Origin: Tubulanus polymorphus
Lineage: Eukaryota > Animalia > Nemertea
DNA: 64,000 bases
Direction of reading: 5' to 3'
NCBI RefSeq assembly: GCF_964204645.1
Contig: NW_027437473.1
Location: forward strand, 1-64,000
Below the pieces are notes generated by a model. That model did not search any database. It was given only the letters and a program-made list of their open reading frames with translations, and was not told the DNA's origin. Shown one piece after another: positions 13,883-26,783 of this stretch. The translations under genes and the position numbers were made by a program. Each line of letters begins with the position of its first letter. The stretch's first letter is position 1.

Positions 13883-14502
13883 ATTGTCGTTTCCAAGGAT
13901 ATTTTGAGCAAACCTAAATTTGAATCATTAGCTGCAAATGAAGTCATGATCATTTCATCAAAATACAATGGATTTATACGGGATATGATGATTCCAGAAC
14001 TATTAGTGGTCGGACTACTAGATTTTCATTTTATTTGTAGCTTTTTTCTCTGCCCAAAAACGGGTAGAGCGACCCGGAAAACATAGGAATCGATACCAGT
14101 ATCACTTTTCTGTTACAACTCAAGATCGGACTGTAACCAAAATAATTTCATAGGCATTTTCCGCCTTGGTTACCATGGAGACAGTCAACAATGTTGGAGT
14201 ACAACCTTTAACAGTATGTGCTTCCATGGTAACGGAGTTTGTTTGATGTTGATGTCTCACAGCAACAGGAAAGTCGGTTATCCATTTATCCATTAATTGA
14301 AAGGATGGAGACATCCAAATCTATGGTGTCATAGCAACGACGTTTCAACAATGATGGTCATTATGATTCGTCATATGAAACACGGGCAATAAATGAATTA
14401 TGTTATTATTTAGTTAACTAAAACTGATTAATATAATTCCCGTGTCTTTGCATTAACAGAAATTTTCAGCCCTGTAAACAGCGCCCAGATTAGGTTGCTA
14501 GG

Positions 14503-14789
<287 letters not shown>

Positions 14790-15221
14790 CGTGCAAAAGG
14801 TTAACAACCTTTTAAGGTAAATTTGCAATATATTTGACGATTTTCCTTCCTAACGAATACCTCGCATTTAGCGCCCCCTATAGGTCGAAAGTGAAAAATC
14901 ACATAGTGGCAGACAGGTGTTTCAGGGGGTGGGGGAGTCTCACCTTTCATTTAAGCCCAGGTGCCAAGCTCTACCCAAAAATGCCCAAAGATTGGTCTTG
15001 GATAGCTAGGTTGAGACCTTCTCTGTCCCGTACAGTGAATAAACATTGGTTAACAATAAAATAGACACGAAATACACAATTATATAAACAATTGACTACA
15101 GCGAGCAAGATAAAAATAGTGAAACGATTAAAATCAGTAAGAAGAGAACAAAAATTGAAAAGATACATGAAGTAATAATTAGTCCATATCTCACACTTGA
15201 CGATATCTTGTGTGGTCGAAT

Positions 15222-18200
15222 GACGGTAAAATTATGGCCATCATTAACAACATGAAGCACCATCTTAGTGGCTATGCAGATTTTGATGAGATATTGAATC
15301 GTCTAGTTTGATTAATCCTGTCAAATCATAATTCCTTGATAACAATTATTATTTAGCATCTTAAAATTATTTAGGAGGAGCTAATCCTTTCATATGCTCA
15401 TGGCTTTAGTTACTCGGTATGGTTTATTGCTAATAGTATGTGCTGTGATCACATATTTTCTACATCGTCAATTTTTCTTTGCTTTCATTGATTTTTTTGT
15501 GTATACATATGCGTACTATGTTCATAATGAGCGAAATTTATTATGTAACGGTGAGTGCCGTCGAAGTATTACTATCACGCTTCAATTCCACTAGCAGATG
15601 GCCAGTCATGCACATCCTGAGTTTATCGTAGGTTCAAGTAGTAAATATTATAAGGATTTAACGCAATTATCAAAGTTTGGATTATCAAACTTCTCCTTGT
15701 TTCATCTAAATATAAGGAGTTTTAATAAGAATTTTGAGAATTTGCAATTATATTTACACTCCCTCTGTTTCAATTTTGGGATCTTAGCTTTTACTGAAAC
15801 GTGGACTAAACTTCAACATGACAACAAGTCAATGTATAATTTGCCTGATTATGAGTCGATTTTCATAAGTAGACAGGATACGCGTGGTGGTGGAATAGCG
15901 ATGTTTGTCCACAACACCATTAAATTTAGGATACTGGATGATTTTACATGTGTAAATGACACATTCGAAAGTTTATTTATAGAAATCCAATTACCACATA
16001 ATATGTCAAAACATATTGTTGGCACTATCTATCGACCGCCTGATGCAAGTGTCAATAACTTTAATACTGATTTTCTACCACTCTTAGAAAACTTAACTAG
16101 AACAGGGCGTAAGTGCTTCATTTTGGGCGATTTCAATATAAATCTTTTCAACGCCGACTCTCATAAACCGACTGGAGATTTTATTTTTAATATGCTTTCA
16201 ACTGGTTTTACGAATTTAATAGATAAGTCAACACGAGTAACCGACAGATCTTCTACTCTTATTGACAATATATATTCAAACTGTTATTCTAGTTTCGATG
16301 CAATTTCAGGGATTCTGATCTATGATATATCTGACCACTTTCCAATTTTTGCAATTATGCCGGAAATCAAAGTCAACCATACATCAACTAGGACAGTTAG
16401 TTATCGAAAAATGTCAGATCATGATATCGCTCGATTTAAACGAAAGCTAATTGCACATGATTGGACTCATGTGTTTAATATCCATGATGCTAATGTTGCC
16501 TATAACTCTTTTTATGATGTATTCTATAAATACTACACGGAATGTTTCCCTATAATCAATAGAAAGTTTTCGATATATAGGGACAAGAAACACGGATGGT
16601 TTTCTAACGGTTTATTGATTTCTTTGAAAAAGAAGGATTCTCTTTATAGAAGATACCTGTCTAGTAAACTTCAAACTGATAGAGATATCTACAATAGATA
16701 TAGAAACGTTTTTAATACTTGTATCAAAAAGGCTAAAACGCTTCACTATAACTCTATGTTAAACAATGCGAGAGATCCCAAGGAAACCTGGAAAATAATT
16801 AATGACCTAATTAATAGAAAATCATCAAATTCTAAATATCCTGATGTTTTTGAACAGAATGGTGTTATGTACAAAAATAATGTTAGTATAGCCAATGAAT
16901 TTAATAAGTGTTTTGCACAAGCGGGTCCAAATCTAGCCAATGATATTTTACCTACTAACAAAACATTTTTTTCTTTTCTGGGTCCGCCACAACAAAATAA
17001 TATCTTTTTCTCTCCCACAGATTCTTTGGAAATTGAAAATATTGTTTCAAAATTTAAAAATAGTAATAACACTGGTCATGATGGTATCAATCAAAAGATC
17101 CTTAAGAGAGTAATTGACGCTATATCTCGGCCGTTAGCTCATATTTTAAATCTAAGTTTGATTAATGGACAAGTACCTGAATCCTTCAAAATATCTAAGA
17201 TATTACCTTTGTTCAAATCTGGAGATGTTTCACATTTTTCAAACTACAGACCAATATCAATACTCCCATGTATTTCTAAGATCTTAGAAAAAGTAGTTTA
17301 CAAAAGAGTTATAAGTTTTTTGGACAAGTATAAAATACTATCTCCATGTCAATTTGGATTTAGAAAAGACCATTCCACCAACATGGCTATTACTGTTATC
17401 ATAGATAAAATTATCAATAATTTAGACAATGGCAAATCAACTATAGGAATATTTTTAGACCTTTCGCGTGCATTTGATACAGTGAATCATGAAATTCTAT
17501 TGTCTAAACTTTGCCATTATGGCATCAGAGGTACGCCATTACTCTGGTTTAGAAACTATCTTTCAAACCGTTTTCAGACTGTTCTTTTTAAAGAGACTAC
17601 TAGCACTAGCTATCCTGTATTCTGTGGAGTGCCTCAAGGATCTATTTTGGGGCCGATCCTTTTCTTATTATATATAAATGACCTTGCAAACGCATCAAGC
17701 ATTTTTAATCTTATCATGTTTGCTGATGATGCTAATGTATTCACTTCTCATATCAATATTAATGAGTTAACTATAATAGTAAATACAGAACTACACAAAC
17801 TGAATATCTGGTTTCGGGCAAATAGGCTTTCATTGAATTTGAAAAAGACTCATTTCATGTTTTTCAGTCGTGCTAAACATAAACACTCAATTTCTATCAA
17901 AATCAACAATATGTCTATATCACAAGTCTCGACAACAAAATTTCTAGGCGTTCAAGTTGACGACCAGCTTACTTGGAAGTCACACATTAATAGCATCTGT
18001 ACTAAACTATCACGGTTCATTGGTATAATGGGTAGACTTTATGGAATTTTGTCAAAAACAACTTTACTGCAGTTGTATTATTCTTTCATTTATTGCCATC
18101 TCACCTATTGTAATATTGTATGGGGTAATACTTATCCTTCAAACTTAAGAAAGCTGGAACTTCTCCAGAAGAAAGCGGTCCGCATTATCTTTAAAACCGA

Positions 18201-19030
18201 TTTTAGAGCCCATACCTCACCATTATTTAAGTCTGCAAAAATTCTTAAATTGGCAGATATAAACAATTTTCAAATTGGACAATTCATGTATCTATATGTC
18301 AATAACAAGTTACCTGAGATGTTCAATAATTTTTTTAAGACGAATGACGTTGGATACAACACTAGAAACAGCAACAACATCCGCCCTGACTCATTCAAAT
18401 CAAATCTAAAAGGTTTCTCAATAAAAGTCAACGGTCCAAATATTTGGAATATTATGAATGATTCAATTAAAAACTCCCCTTCTAATGAAAGTTTCAAAAA
18501 TCGAACAAAAAACCATTTACTTTCTCATTATTAATCGTTACAGTTTATTCATGAAAATAATAATAATGATAATTATGTATAAGGTGCAATGACCTTCTCA
18601 AATGGTACTTACTTACGCTCATATGATGTATGTATAACCTTGGAATAAACTCCAAGGTATAACTTTATGTATTTATATGTATACATTTTTGTGTGTGTGT
18701 GTGTGTCTATTTGTAAATGTGTGTGAATATATGTGTGTGGTTTTCTTATATGTGGTGGGTGTTTTGGTGTGTGCGTGTGTGCTGCTTGCTTGCGAGTGTG
18801 TGTGCGTGTGTGTGTGTTTGTGTGTATCGTGCGTATTTCATCTCTATTTGTTCCTTTTGGGGTGCCTGATATTACAAGCTCTGCTTTCCTCTGGTTGCCC
18901 TGCTGTTATTTTACATCAGTTTATATATATTTTGTATGAACCAAATTAATCATCTATTGTAATTTTGTCTGGTATCTATTTATTGATGTAAATTATTCAG
19001 GAAATAAATAAATAATAAATAAATAATAAT
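15222..19030 (+). mobile_element. Non-LTR retrotransposon (CR1/L2-like group LINE), apparently recent
   Basis: Intact APE-RT ORF, GT-rich 3' UTR and (AAAT)n tail at about 19003-19030. The flanks join to give the empty site seen at about 31740-31780. Confidence 0.85.
15598..18534 (+). CDS. LINE ORF2: apurinic-like endonuclease plus reverse transcriptase (978 aa)
   Basis: EN motifs HLNIRS, FTETW, GGG, IYRPP, GDFN, IDNI, SDHFP. RT motifs YRPISILP, QFGFR, FLDLSRAFDTV, GVPQGSILGP, FADD, FLGV. Confidence 0.95.
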   Translation: MASHAHPEFIVGSSSKYYKDLTQLSKFGLSNFSLFHLNIRSFNKNFENLQLYLHSLCFNFGILAFTETWTKLQHDNKSMYNLPDYESIFISRQDTRGGGIAMFVHNTIKFRILDDFTCVNDTFESLFIEIQLPHNMSKHIVGTIYRPPDASVNNFNTDFLPLLENLTRTGRKCFILGDFNINLFNADSHKPTGDFIFNMLSTGFTNLIDKSTRVTDRSSTLIDNIYSNCYSSFDAISGILIYDISDHFPIFAIMPEIKVNHTSTRTVSYRKMSDHDIARFKRKLIAHDWTHVFNIHDANVAYNSFYDVFYKYYTECFPIINRKFSIYRDKKHGWFSNGLLISLKKKDSLYRRYLSSKLQTDRDIYNRYRNVFNTCIKKAKTLHYNSMLNNARDPKETWKIINDLINRKSSNSKYPDVFEQNGVMYKNNVSIANEFNKCFAQAGPNLANDILPTNKTFFSFLGPPQQNNIFFSPTDSLEIENIVSKFKNSNNTGHDGINQKILKRVIDAISRPLAHILNLSLINGQVPESFKISKILPLFKSGDVSHFSNYRPISILPCISKILEKVVYKRVISFLDKYKILSPCQFGFRKDHSTNMAITVIIDKIINNLDNGKSTIGIFLDLSRAFDTVNHEILLSKLCHYGIRGTPLLWFRNYLSNRFQTVLFKETTSTSYPVFCGVPQGSILGPILFLLYINDLANASSIFNLIMFADDANVFTSHININELTIIVNTELHKLNIWFRANRLSLNLKKTHFMFFSRAKHKHSISIKINNMSISQVSTTKFLGVQVDDQLTWKSHINSICTKLSRFIGIMGRLYGILSKTTLLQLYYSFIYCHLTYCNIVWGNTYPSNLRKLELLQKKAVRIIFKTDFRAHTSPLFKSAKILKLADINNFQIGQFMYLYVNNKLPEMFNNFFKTNDVGYNTRNSNNIRPDSFKSNLKGFSIKVNGPNIWNIMNDSIKNSPSNESFKNRTKNHLLSHY

Positions 19031-19100
19031 CATCGGGTTTTTTTTAACTTGATTGAATAAATTCTCGATTTATTTAATATATCTCTATTTTTACTCTCAG

Positions 19101-21796
19101 TCATTTATTGAGTTTTTTAAGTTCTGATATGATGTAATCTCTCGTATAGCGGTCGGTGCTCCTGCAGCGGATACACAGGTCAGAAAGATGCGGAAGATTA
19201 TTGATTAATTCGACGAATAAATCGATATCGTGCTGTGTATTAATCAGCGCGAGTGAACCGTGAAACTCTAAATAACGAATTGATGAGGCGTGTTTTAGTT
19301 GTTTAAAGATGCGATTGTTCTGTTCCGGTCTAACGAGACAGCTATCAATACGGACTTCTCGCAGCTGATTTACCGCATCTGACGATAGATACCGAACAAG
19401 TGCGTCAACATGAGCTTCTGACCACAACACTATTTCTAATACAGTCAGCCGCGGCAGGTGATCTAGAACGCGGTGTATTTGTAAATTAAATCCGTAAATG
19501 CCAAGACGTTTTAGTTTCGGCATTGAACCGACACTATCACTCATTGCTGCACATTCATCTGTCGTTAGTCCGCGCAGTCCGCGCAGTCCGAGCTGAATTG
19601 TTTCGATGTCTGACGATTTTAACGTGTTGTTTAAATCATTCAATTCCTCCGAACCGATCAAATCATTATCGAATATTACTCCACCAAGACATAAGGTTTT
19701 CAAACTCAGAATGATGTTTATCAGCCCTCTGGTTGTATTTCTATCGAGCTGATATTGACACCACGATCCGAGAGATAGATGTTTTATGGATGGATACGAT
19801 TTGTGAATATTGACTAAAATATAACCTAAACGTTCCGCACTAACACCAGTATTAATAAACAGACTCTCCACTGTATTGTGTGTGTTAGTATCAACACTGA
19901 TCAACCGCGCGTCATATTCAGTGTTAATCGAGTGACCTGTCTTAATCCATTCATTATTGAGTTTCTTGTAACATTCACCAGTGTCGTGGATTCCATCTCG
20001 CCGCACAAACCAGTTTAAACTGTAGCTTTTCTTACACATAGTCAAGTACTGATCGGGTTTTGATAACTCGTATGTGTATAATATCATACCGTGAAGACTA
20101 GTGTTACTCGCTATGGCTGTTTCTAATACGCGGTATTCGTCGGGTTTCAGTTCGTGAATACCCTGTATGTAAACTAGCTCGATCTGACATTGTTTGTGTT
20201 CAAGTATTTTTGCGAGCATGTTTATCCGCGATCTGCCATATACAGATACGAACAACATTTTCTGCATGTAGGGAACTATTTCACTAATGGCGTCGTCCGG
20301 CCAGTCGGCTTCATTCAGGCAGATTAACAACTGATCAGATAAAACAGTTCTTTCGGATCGGAGTTCGATGTAGCGTTCGTATTCGGGGATGAGCACCATC
20401 TCCCTAGTAACCGTAACCAAGGACTGGTACTCATCCGCTATTGTGACTGCTTTTAAATGTTCATCTATTAAAGTCTTGAAAAGTTCACCGAGGCCGCGGT
20501 TAAACTTGTAACGATACAGCAGCCCTGACATGAATCTCGGGTATAATTCACCATATTTCACAAGTTCGTCCGGTAGTTGTTCAAACGCGCATTTATTCCA
20601 GGGTATTTCACCACTGTTGTTGAATTGTACGACCGAGTGTACCGCCGCCAGAAATTCCTGCACAGATTTGTGTATGAACCGCAGCTGGACGGAGCGGTCT
20701 GATTTCCGTCGCGGCGACATCTCTTTGCACGTCAAAGCCGTCCTCTTCGATTCGTCGAGTTCAAGACGACTTTCGCTGAAGCTGTTTTGATGCTCGATGA
20801 GCGTCTCATACGCGACTTGACAAATTTGTTTAAGCGCTTTAGAATTTTCGATATTGCGGAAAAAACATTCCTTCGACAACTCGAGGCCCTCGCGTTTACT
20901 GATCAGAAAACATGTCAAATCGATGTAGATATCGGTGAGTTTTGATGGTATCATAATTTCTTCCTTGTCCATATACAGAAAACAAAACATAAGTAGTATC
21001 AGCGGGTTGTAGTAGATACTGTTAAATAAAGGTGGCGCTGCGTCTTTAAGCCTGTAGAATAGCTGATATGGATCGCGCTCGGGGAATTTTCTCTTCATAA
21101 TATCGATGACTTCTTCCTGTTTGAAGCCGGATATCGATACAACAGTGAATTTGGGATCAGTGACGATCATGCTGCCCCCGGACTCACGTGTTGTTATGAC
21201 GATATGCGCTTTCGGTAATTCATTGGTCACGTGTACGATGTCTATTTTCGCTTTATCGCTTTTTAACTCGTCGAAGCCGTCTAGAAAAAATATCGATTTT
21301 TCTGCATTTTCCCGTAAGAATCTCTCAAAACCAATCAGCAGATTCTCTTCGATTACTCGATTCAAAAGATTTTTGTAAATGTACTTATAAATACACGCGT
21401 TATCAGCGGGCAGTTCATTTAACGGTATATAGAATAACATTGCTTTGCTACAAAACTTTGCTACAAACTCCATTGTTGATGTTGTCCAGGTTAACACTTG
21501 ATTAACTACCTGAGTAGTTTTACCCATACCGGGTTCTCCTACGAGGCACACGGGTTTCACATCACTCTCTTTATAAGTGAAAAGTTTCTCGAAATGATCG
21601 GGTAAAATCAATGACTGCTCCTCACTTCCTTCATTTTTCTTCGGGTTTCGTTTTTGGGCTCGAATTTTCGCGTTTTCTTGGGTGAAGAAGTCGTTTAAAT
21701 TGGTGACTTCATCGCTCCACGAAACCTCTTTGTAATTTTCATCATCGATCATTCGTTGATACGTTTCTTTCAGGTTCTTCTGAACTTGATCAACAT
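19101..21796 (-). CDS. NLR1 large exon: NACHT NTPase plus LRR-like C-terminus
   Basis: Walker A GEPGMGKTT, Walker B FFLDGFDE, sensor-1 VITTR, NPL motif, winged-helix FIHKSVQEFLAA, and LxxLxL repeats. Phase-1 acceptor ttttatttttacag|AT, with the exon beginning at 21796. Confidence 0.92.
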
Positions 21797-24700
21797 CTGT
21801 AAAAATAAAACCAGTTTGAGATTTTTTTAGAATTTCTATGGCGGCTGATTTTGCCTGAAAATCATAGAATCATAGAAAATGTCATGAGCTTAAATTGTAC
21901 AATTGACCGCAGTTACAAAATATGCCTAGGTACCAAGGAACTAATGAGTTATTCTGCTATTCAACGCCCCCTAGTGACCTTAAACAAAAACCAACGAACC
22001 TGAAACTCACCACAATCATACATCATGTCATGAGCTAAAACTTTGCAATTGATTGCGGTGACAAAATATGCGCCAGAAAGAATCTTTCTGTGGGGTCGGG
22101 TTAGCAACAAGTTCGATCAGAGACATTCAAGGTCCCATCTACACGAGTGGAAAAATCCTTTATTTTCAATCTACACGAGGAAAACATTTCCAAAAGTCAC
22201 CTTTAAAAAAGTCGGCTTTTTCACCTGTTTTAAAAATTATACTTAATCTAAAGATAAACGGCTTCGTTGTTTTTGGTGAACTTCACGTGTTACTAAAACG
22301 AGGGCGATATCATCACAGCTCCGCAGTAAATACTGCAAACTACGCCGCGCATCAACATGCAATTTTCAGCACAGGACAAGATGTTTATTAATCTTTCTCA
22401 TCTTTCTCAGAATTTCAGTTTGAGTCAATCGGATGACAACAATTCATTTCATTTAGTTCTTAACTTTTGAAATGAGGATTGGAAAACTGTATTAGTCACG
22501 TGATACACGATGAACCGGTTTTCTGAACACAAATCTTCGCTGCTTACGCGCATAAGAAGTGCCGGTTTTATGTCCTTGCGCATGTAAACCAAATATACTT
22601 TGTTAATTTAGATTTCATCAAGAAAATGTTTCTAGGCCTCGGATATACAATACAATAAGTAGCGGCACACTTCAATGAGTATGAATTACTTTTTTAGAAA
22701 GGCCGATCAGCCATATCGGCGTGCAAAAGTAAAGGGATATCCCGATATGACATCAGGCGGGAAAATAATTATTATTTTACAGAATTCCTTCGATTTCTTC
22801 TTTCAGAAATAAATTCATTCCTTCTTTCAATAAACCCAGGAAAGTGCAACAAATTTCCCTGAACTAATTACAAAGCTACGTATCTTGTGTCAAATAACAG
22901 AAAAAATGGGAAAATGAAGTCGAATCACTAAAACATCGCGGTCGGCGTTGCTACGCGACCCGACCACAAAAATGAAATCAGTTTGAGATATTTTAAGCCG
23001 GGTGTAAGTCGGTTGCGTCGCGATAAGTCTTTTTACAGTTGCCAGGCGCCATTTTTGGGTACCCACCGGGTCCGCATTGTTGAATTCTTGTCCCAATTTT
23101 TTCCCCAGTTTAATTTTCTTATTTCGTTCATATCTTTGGATTTGATTAAGATAGAAATAAGGTAAAAATATCGATGAACTCAGCTGATAATTAACTTTTC
23201 TATGATATCACTCATTCATAAATTTAAAGCAACAATGCGCGCTGGTGAAGTTATAAACATTCATATCCTCTTCCCGATAATTCAACTTGAATTTTTGCTC
23301 ATCTCATTCAAAAGTTCATAATTCTTACAAATCTTAATCTACATTTTCATTATTCAATTTTGAAGGCAGGGTCTGGACTACCGATCCCCAACCCCGAAGT
23401 CTGTCCTTGTTTTACTAGAACTGCCTATATATCTTTATTTGCCATTTTTTTCAAATGACTAAGTGCCCTTATTTCCATAGTTACTGAAAACTTTGATTTC
23501 AATAAAGCAGGGGCCGGTAAAATTGTGAAATTTCCTGATATAAAGAAACGATCGTACTTGCGATTGTCACGTGGTAACTAAAATTGGAACCAAACCACGC
23601 AAAGATAAAAAGTTTCGAATTCTGGCCTATTAGGGAAAATTGGGTTTCAACACAGCTATTTAGTAATAGTCATTGACTTAGAGCTAAAATAACTGGTCTT
23701 TATGGTCAAAGCAGCTTGAAAACAAATGAAAGAGATTAAATTCTCGATAAGAAATTCTACGAATCCTTCAAAAAAAATTATTTCAAAACGCATCTCACAA
23801 CTATTGTGGGTTCGAATCCCAGTATTACTGGATCAAATCGCGCATCTCCCAGTCACTAGAGCGCGTAGCCGTAGGTCTATTGCGACGATCGCGTCGCAGT
23901 AAGTAGAACATGTGCGACTTGCTGCGACTGGCGTCGTTAAAATTTCTATGCTCGCTGATTTGGTCTCCAAATTTCCGGTCGATTGAGAAAAATTAGCTAA
24001 AAGAAAATATTATTTCCAGCTTGTTCGAAAACAGCTTTTATTTGAGCGCTCACTGAAAAAAACTTATAGGTCCTGATATCAACGAGTTGATCTAAGCAAA
24101 TCAACTTTTAAATCAATTCATTGATCGCGTTTACAAAATATGCAGAGTTACCAATATAAATGGAAAATTGTATTCAACTCAATATTTAATTCTCCTGGTG
24201 GGTTGAACAAAAGACCGAAATTCCATGTCCTATGACAATGCTGATAACGACCAAATATCAAGACTAAGTTAAAATCACTAACCCACTATGTGAAAATGAC
24301 ATTTTCCCCAAAAACACCTCTTTTCATCTGTGTGCAAGAAATTACGTTAAAATTGAATGATGAAAAAAGCCTGTCTGATGTGTCAGGAAATCCCCTTTCC
24401 AAAAAATACCAATCACAAATTTCAATAGAAAATACCAAACAATTAGGAAGCTACAGGTCTCGGAATTTAGACCAAAAATAGGTACAAAAAGGTCTCAGGA
24501 CGGCCATCTTGAGTCCGATCGACCCAATTTTAACTTTTTCTTATGCTGATGTGCGCTGTGGAGATATATACTTATAAAAGATAAAGGATATTGATTAAAG
24601 TCATTCCAATTCCAATATTTGATGAATTTTCATTATAAGTAATTTGTTTATTATTAAGATTGAAATTACGTTATTTTCGTTTTTCAATTCTCAAGTTAAT

Positions 24701-25385
24701 AAAATCATTGTAACCTTTAGAAAGTATTAAATCATCATTTCTTTCTTTAAAAGGAGTTTCAAGAATATTCATTATTTTTTCATCTTAATTACCTTTATAA
24801 TCTAAAACTGTATTGAATATTTGAGGATTTCTGGAGCCATTATGGAAAGTATCTATTAGTTCAGTAATTAAATATGTTTCATTTAATAATATTTGATTAA
24901 TTACAGTAATATTATCAATTTTATTTTGTCTTCCATAAACTAAATATGTTGCTGAGATATAATTTTCAATGTTTAACAATCAAGGAATTCATGCCTGAAA
25001 TGTGGCTATAAAAACTGATCGTATGTTTACTAGATTTTGAGTAGGTGTCAGTCACAAGTTCTTCCAATAGCAATAAATATGTATGAACTGGCTGCCTGTC
25101 AGCCATCTTGATTGTGAACAGGGACAATCCGAAATAACTGGATTCCATCTACGGACGAACGGGAAAAAAGTGAAATCAACAGCCAACTGGGACTAAAGTC
25201 CCAACTGGGCTTACACAATCGTACGCCACCTGGTGGATAGAATGTCTTGATATAATTTTCTATCATTTTAGTTAAAGATTTAGAACGATCTTTAGAGACA
25301 TGGTCAAAGACTTCGGACCCGTCTTATGATTTAGGATCACATTTGGACTCAAGCACGAGTTCTGATGGTAGAAATCTATAATTAC

Positions 25386-25520
25386 CGAGATTCTCAGCAG
25401 GTCTGTCGATAGTTTGTGTATCTCCCTGGTAAACATTCATCGTATTATTGTCACCGATTTGAACCATTTTCGATTGATTTACATTTATTCCTGGATTACT
25501 CTGTGCCATAGTACCACAAA
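25386..25520 (-). CDS. NLR1 N-terminal cassette exon carrying a canonical RHIM
   Basis: cag|...CTCG|gtaatt, 135 nt, phase 1-1. Encodes (V)CGTMAQSNPGINVNQSKMVQIGDNNTMNVYQGDTQTIDRPAENL. Confidence 0.85.
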
Positions 25521-26021
25521 CTGACAAACAGGATTTAGAATTCAGTCATTTTATCTCAATAAGTGCAGCACATTTTTCCTGACCTAATTGTTTTGTCCAG
25601 TATTTACACAATCAGCCTCTACTCATATTCAGACTGAAGTTTTCTTTATTTCCGCTAAAAGTCGTTTTTCCGATAAACTGTTTATATGTTTTTATATTTA
25701 CCCTGGACTGATAAACAAACTGTGTCACCAGATCTGACTGTTTTTATTCCTACTCGAGACTGATAAACAAACTGTGTCACCAGATGTGATAAGAGACCAT
25801 AATTCAAAATACCGATTATATAACCAGACCCTGACAGTATTAGTCAAAGATTTAAAACAATCGAGTTGGTGGGTCCATTTTGGTCCTCAGAATTTTGCCA
25901 AAGACAATGTATTACTTTCGCCTCAAAACTTTATACCGGTTTTATATGCGAGATCACATTTAGACTCAAGTCACATCATTCTGTACTGAACTGAACTCTG
26001 ATGGTTAAAATCTATAATTAC

Positions 26022-26165
26022 CGAGATTCTCAGCAGGTCTGGTGCTGGCTTGTGTAACTGCGGGGATAATTTGAGTCACTGTCGTCGTATTATTGTCACC
26101 CCTTACACTTAAGTTAGAATTGTCTGCATTTATTCCTGGATTACTCTCCGCCATAGTACCGTTTA
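26022..26165 (-). CDS. NLR1 upstream cassette exon (degenerate RHIM-like); probable start ATG at 26154
   Basis: 144 nt, phase 1-1, same splice context. Encodes (V)NGTMAESNPGINADNSNLSVRGDNNTTTVTQIIPAVTQASTRPAENL, with Kozak-like ACTATGG. The spliced model gives 987 aa. Confidence 0.75.
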
Positions 26166-26783
26166 CTGAAAAACAGAATTTAGAATTCAGTCATTTTATC
26201 TCAACAAGTGCAGCACATTTTTCTGACCTAATTGTTTTGTCAAGTTTTTACACAATTAGCCTTTATCAGGGTTCTATGGTGGCTGATAAGGGCCAAATGC
26301 ATTAATTAATAACACGACCTCGATTACAGAAAAACGCAAATCGAAACCTACCTGCTACCGCGCAAAAACGAACTTTTCGTAAAAACGAAAAACCGCGCAA
26401 AAACGAAATATTATAGAGCAAAAACGAATATTTTCGTTTTCAATTTGTCAATCGGTTTGTCTTATTGTTACAAGACACATCTATGCTATATATAGACTCA
26501 CTCAGGTGATTACTAACAAACACAGCCATATATAGTACTCTAACCTTTATTCGCACACACAAAATGTCAAAAATACAAAAAAATAACTTTTTGTTTTTTT
26601 TTTCATAAAAATCAAGACAAATACTGGCTATGATTTTTTTTAAACATACGAATAAATAGCGACTTGAAACTAAATGAATACACCCGCTACGAACATGTGA
26701 CATCTGAATATGAATAGGGTCTATTCACATTCAGACGTCACGAGTTGAAAGTGACAAAATCGAGGAAATGAACAGCAACAATT

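Noticed and set aside
19523-21378. Plus-strand ORFs recurring inside each NLR exon and minus-strand ORFs inside the LINE
   Set aside because: Antisense shadows of real coding sequence; they recur only because of duplication.
22043-25148. Short ORFs repeated three times in the NLR introns
   Set aside because: Mostly non-ATG starts, variable stops and frameshifts between copies, and no recognisable domains; their conservation reflects recent duplication.
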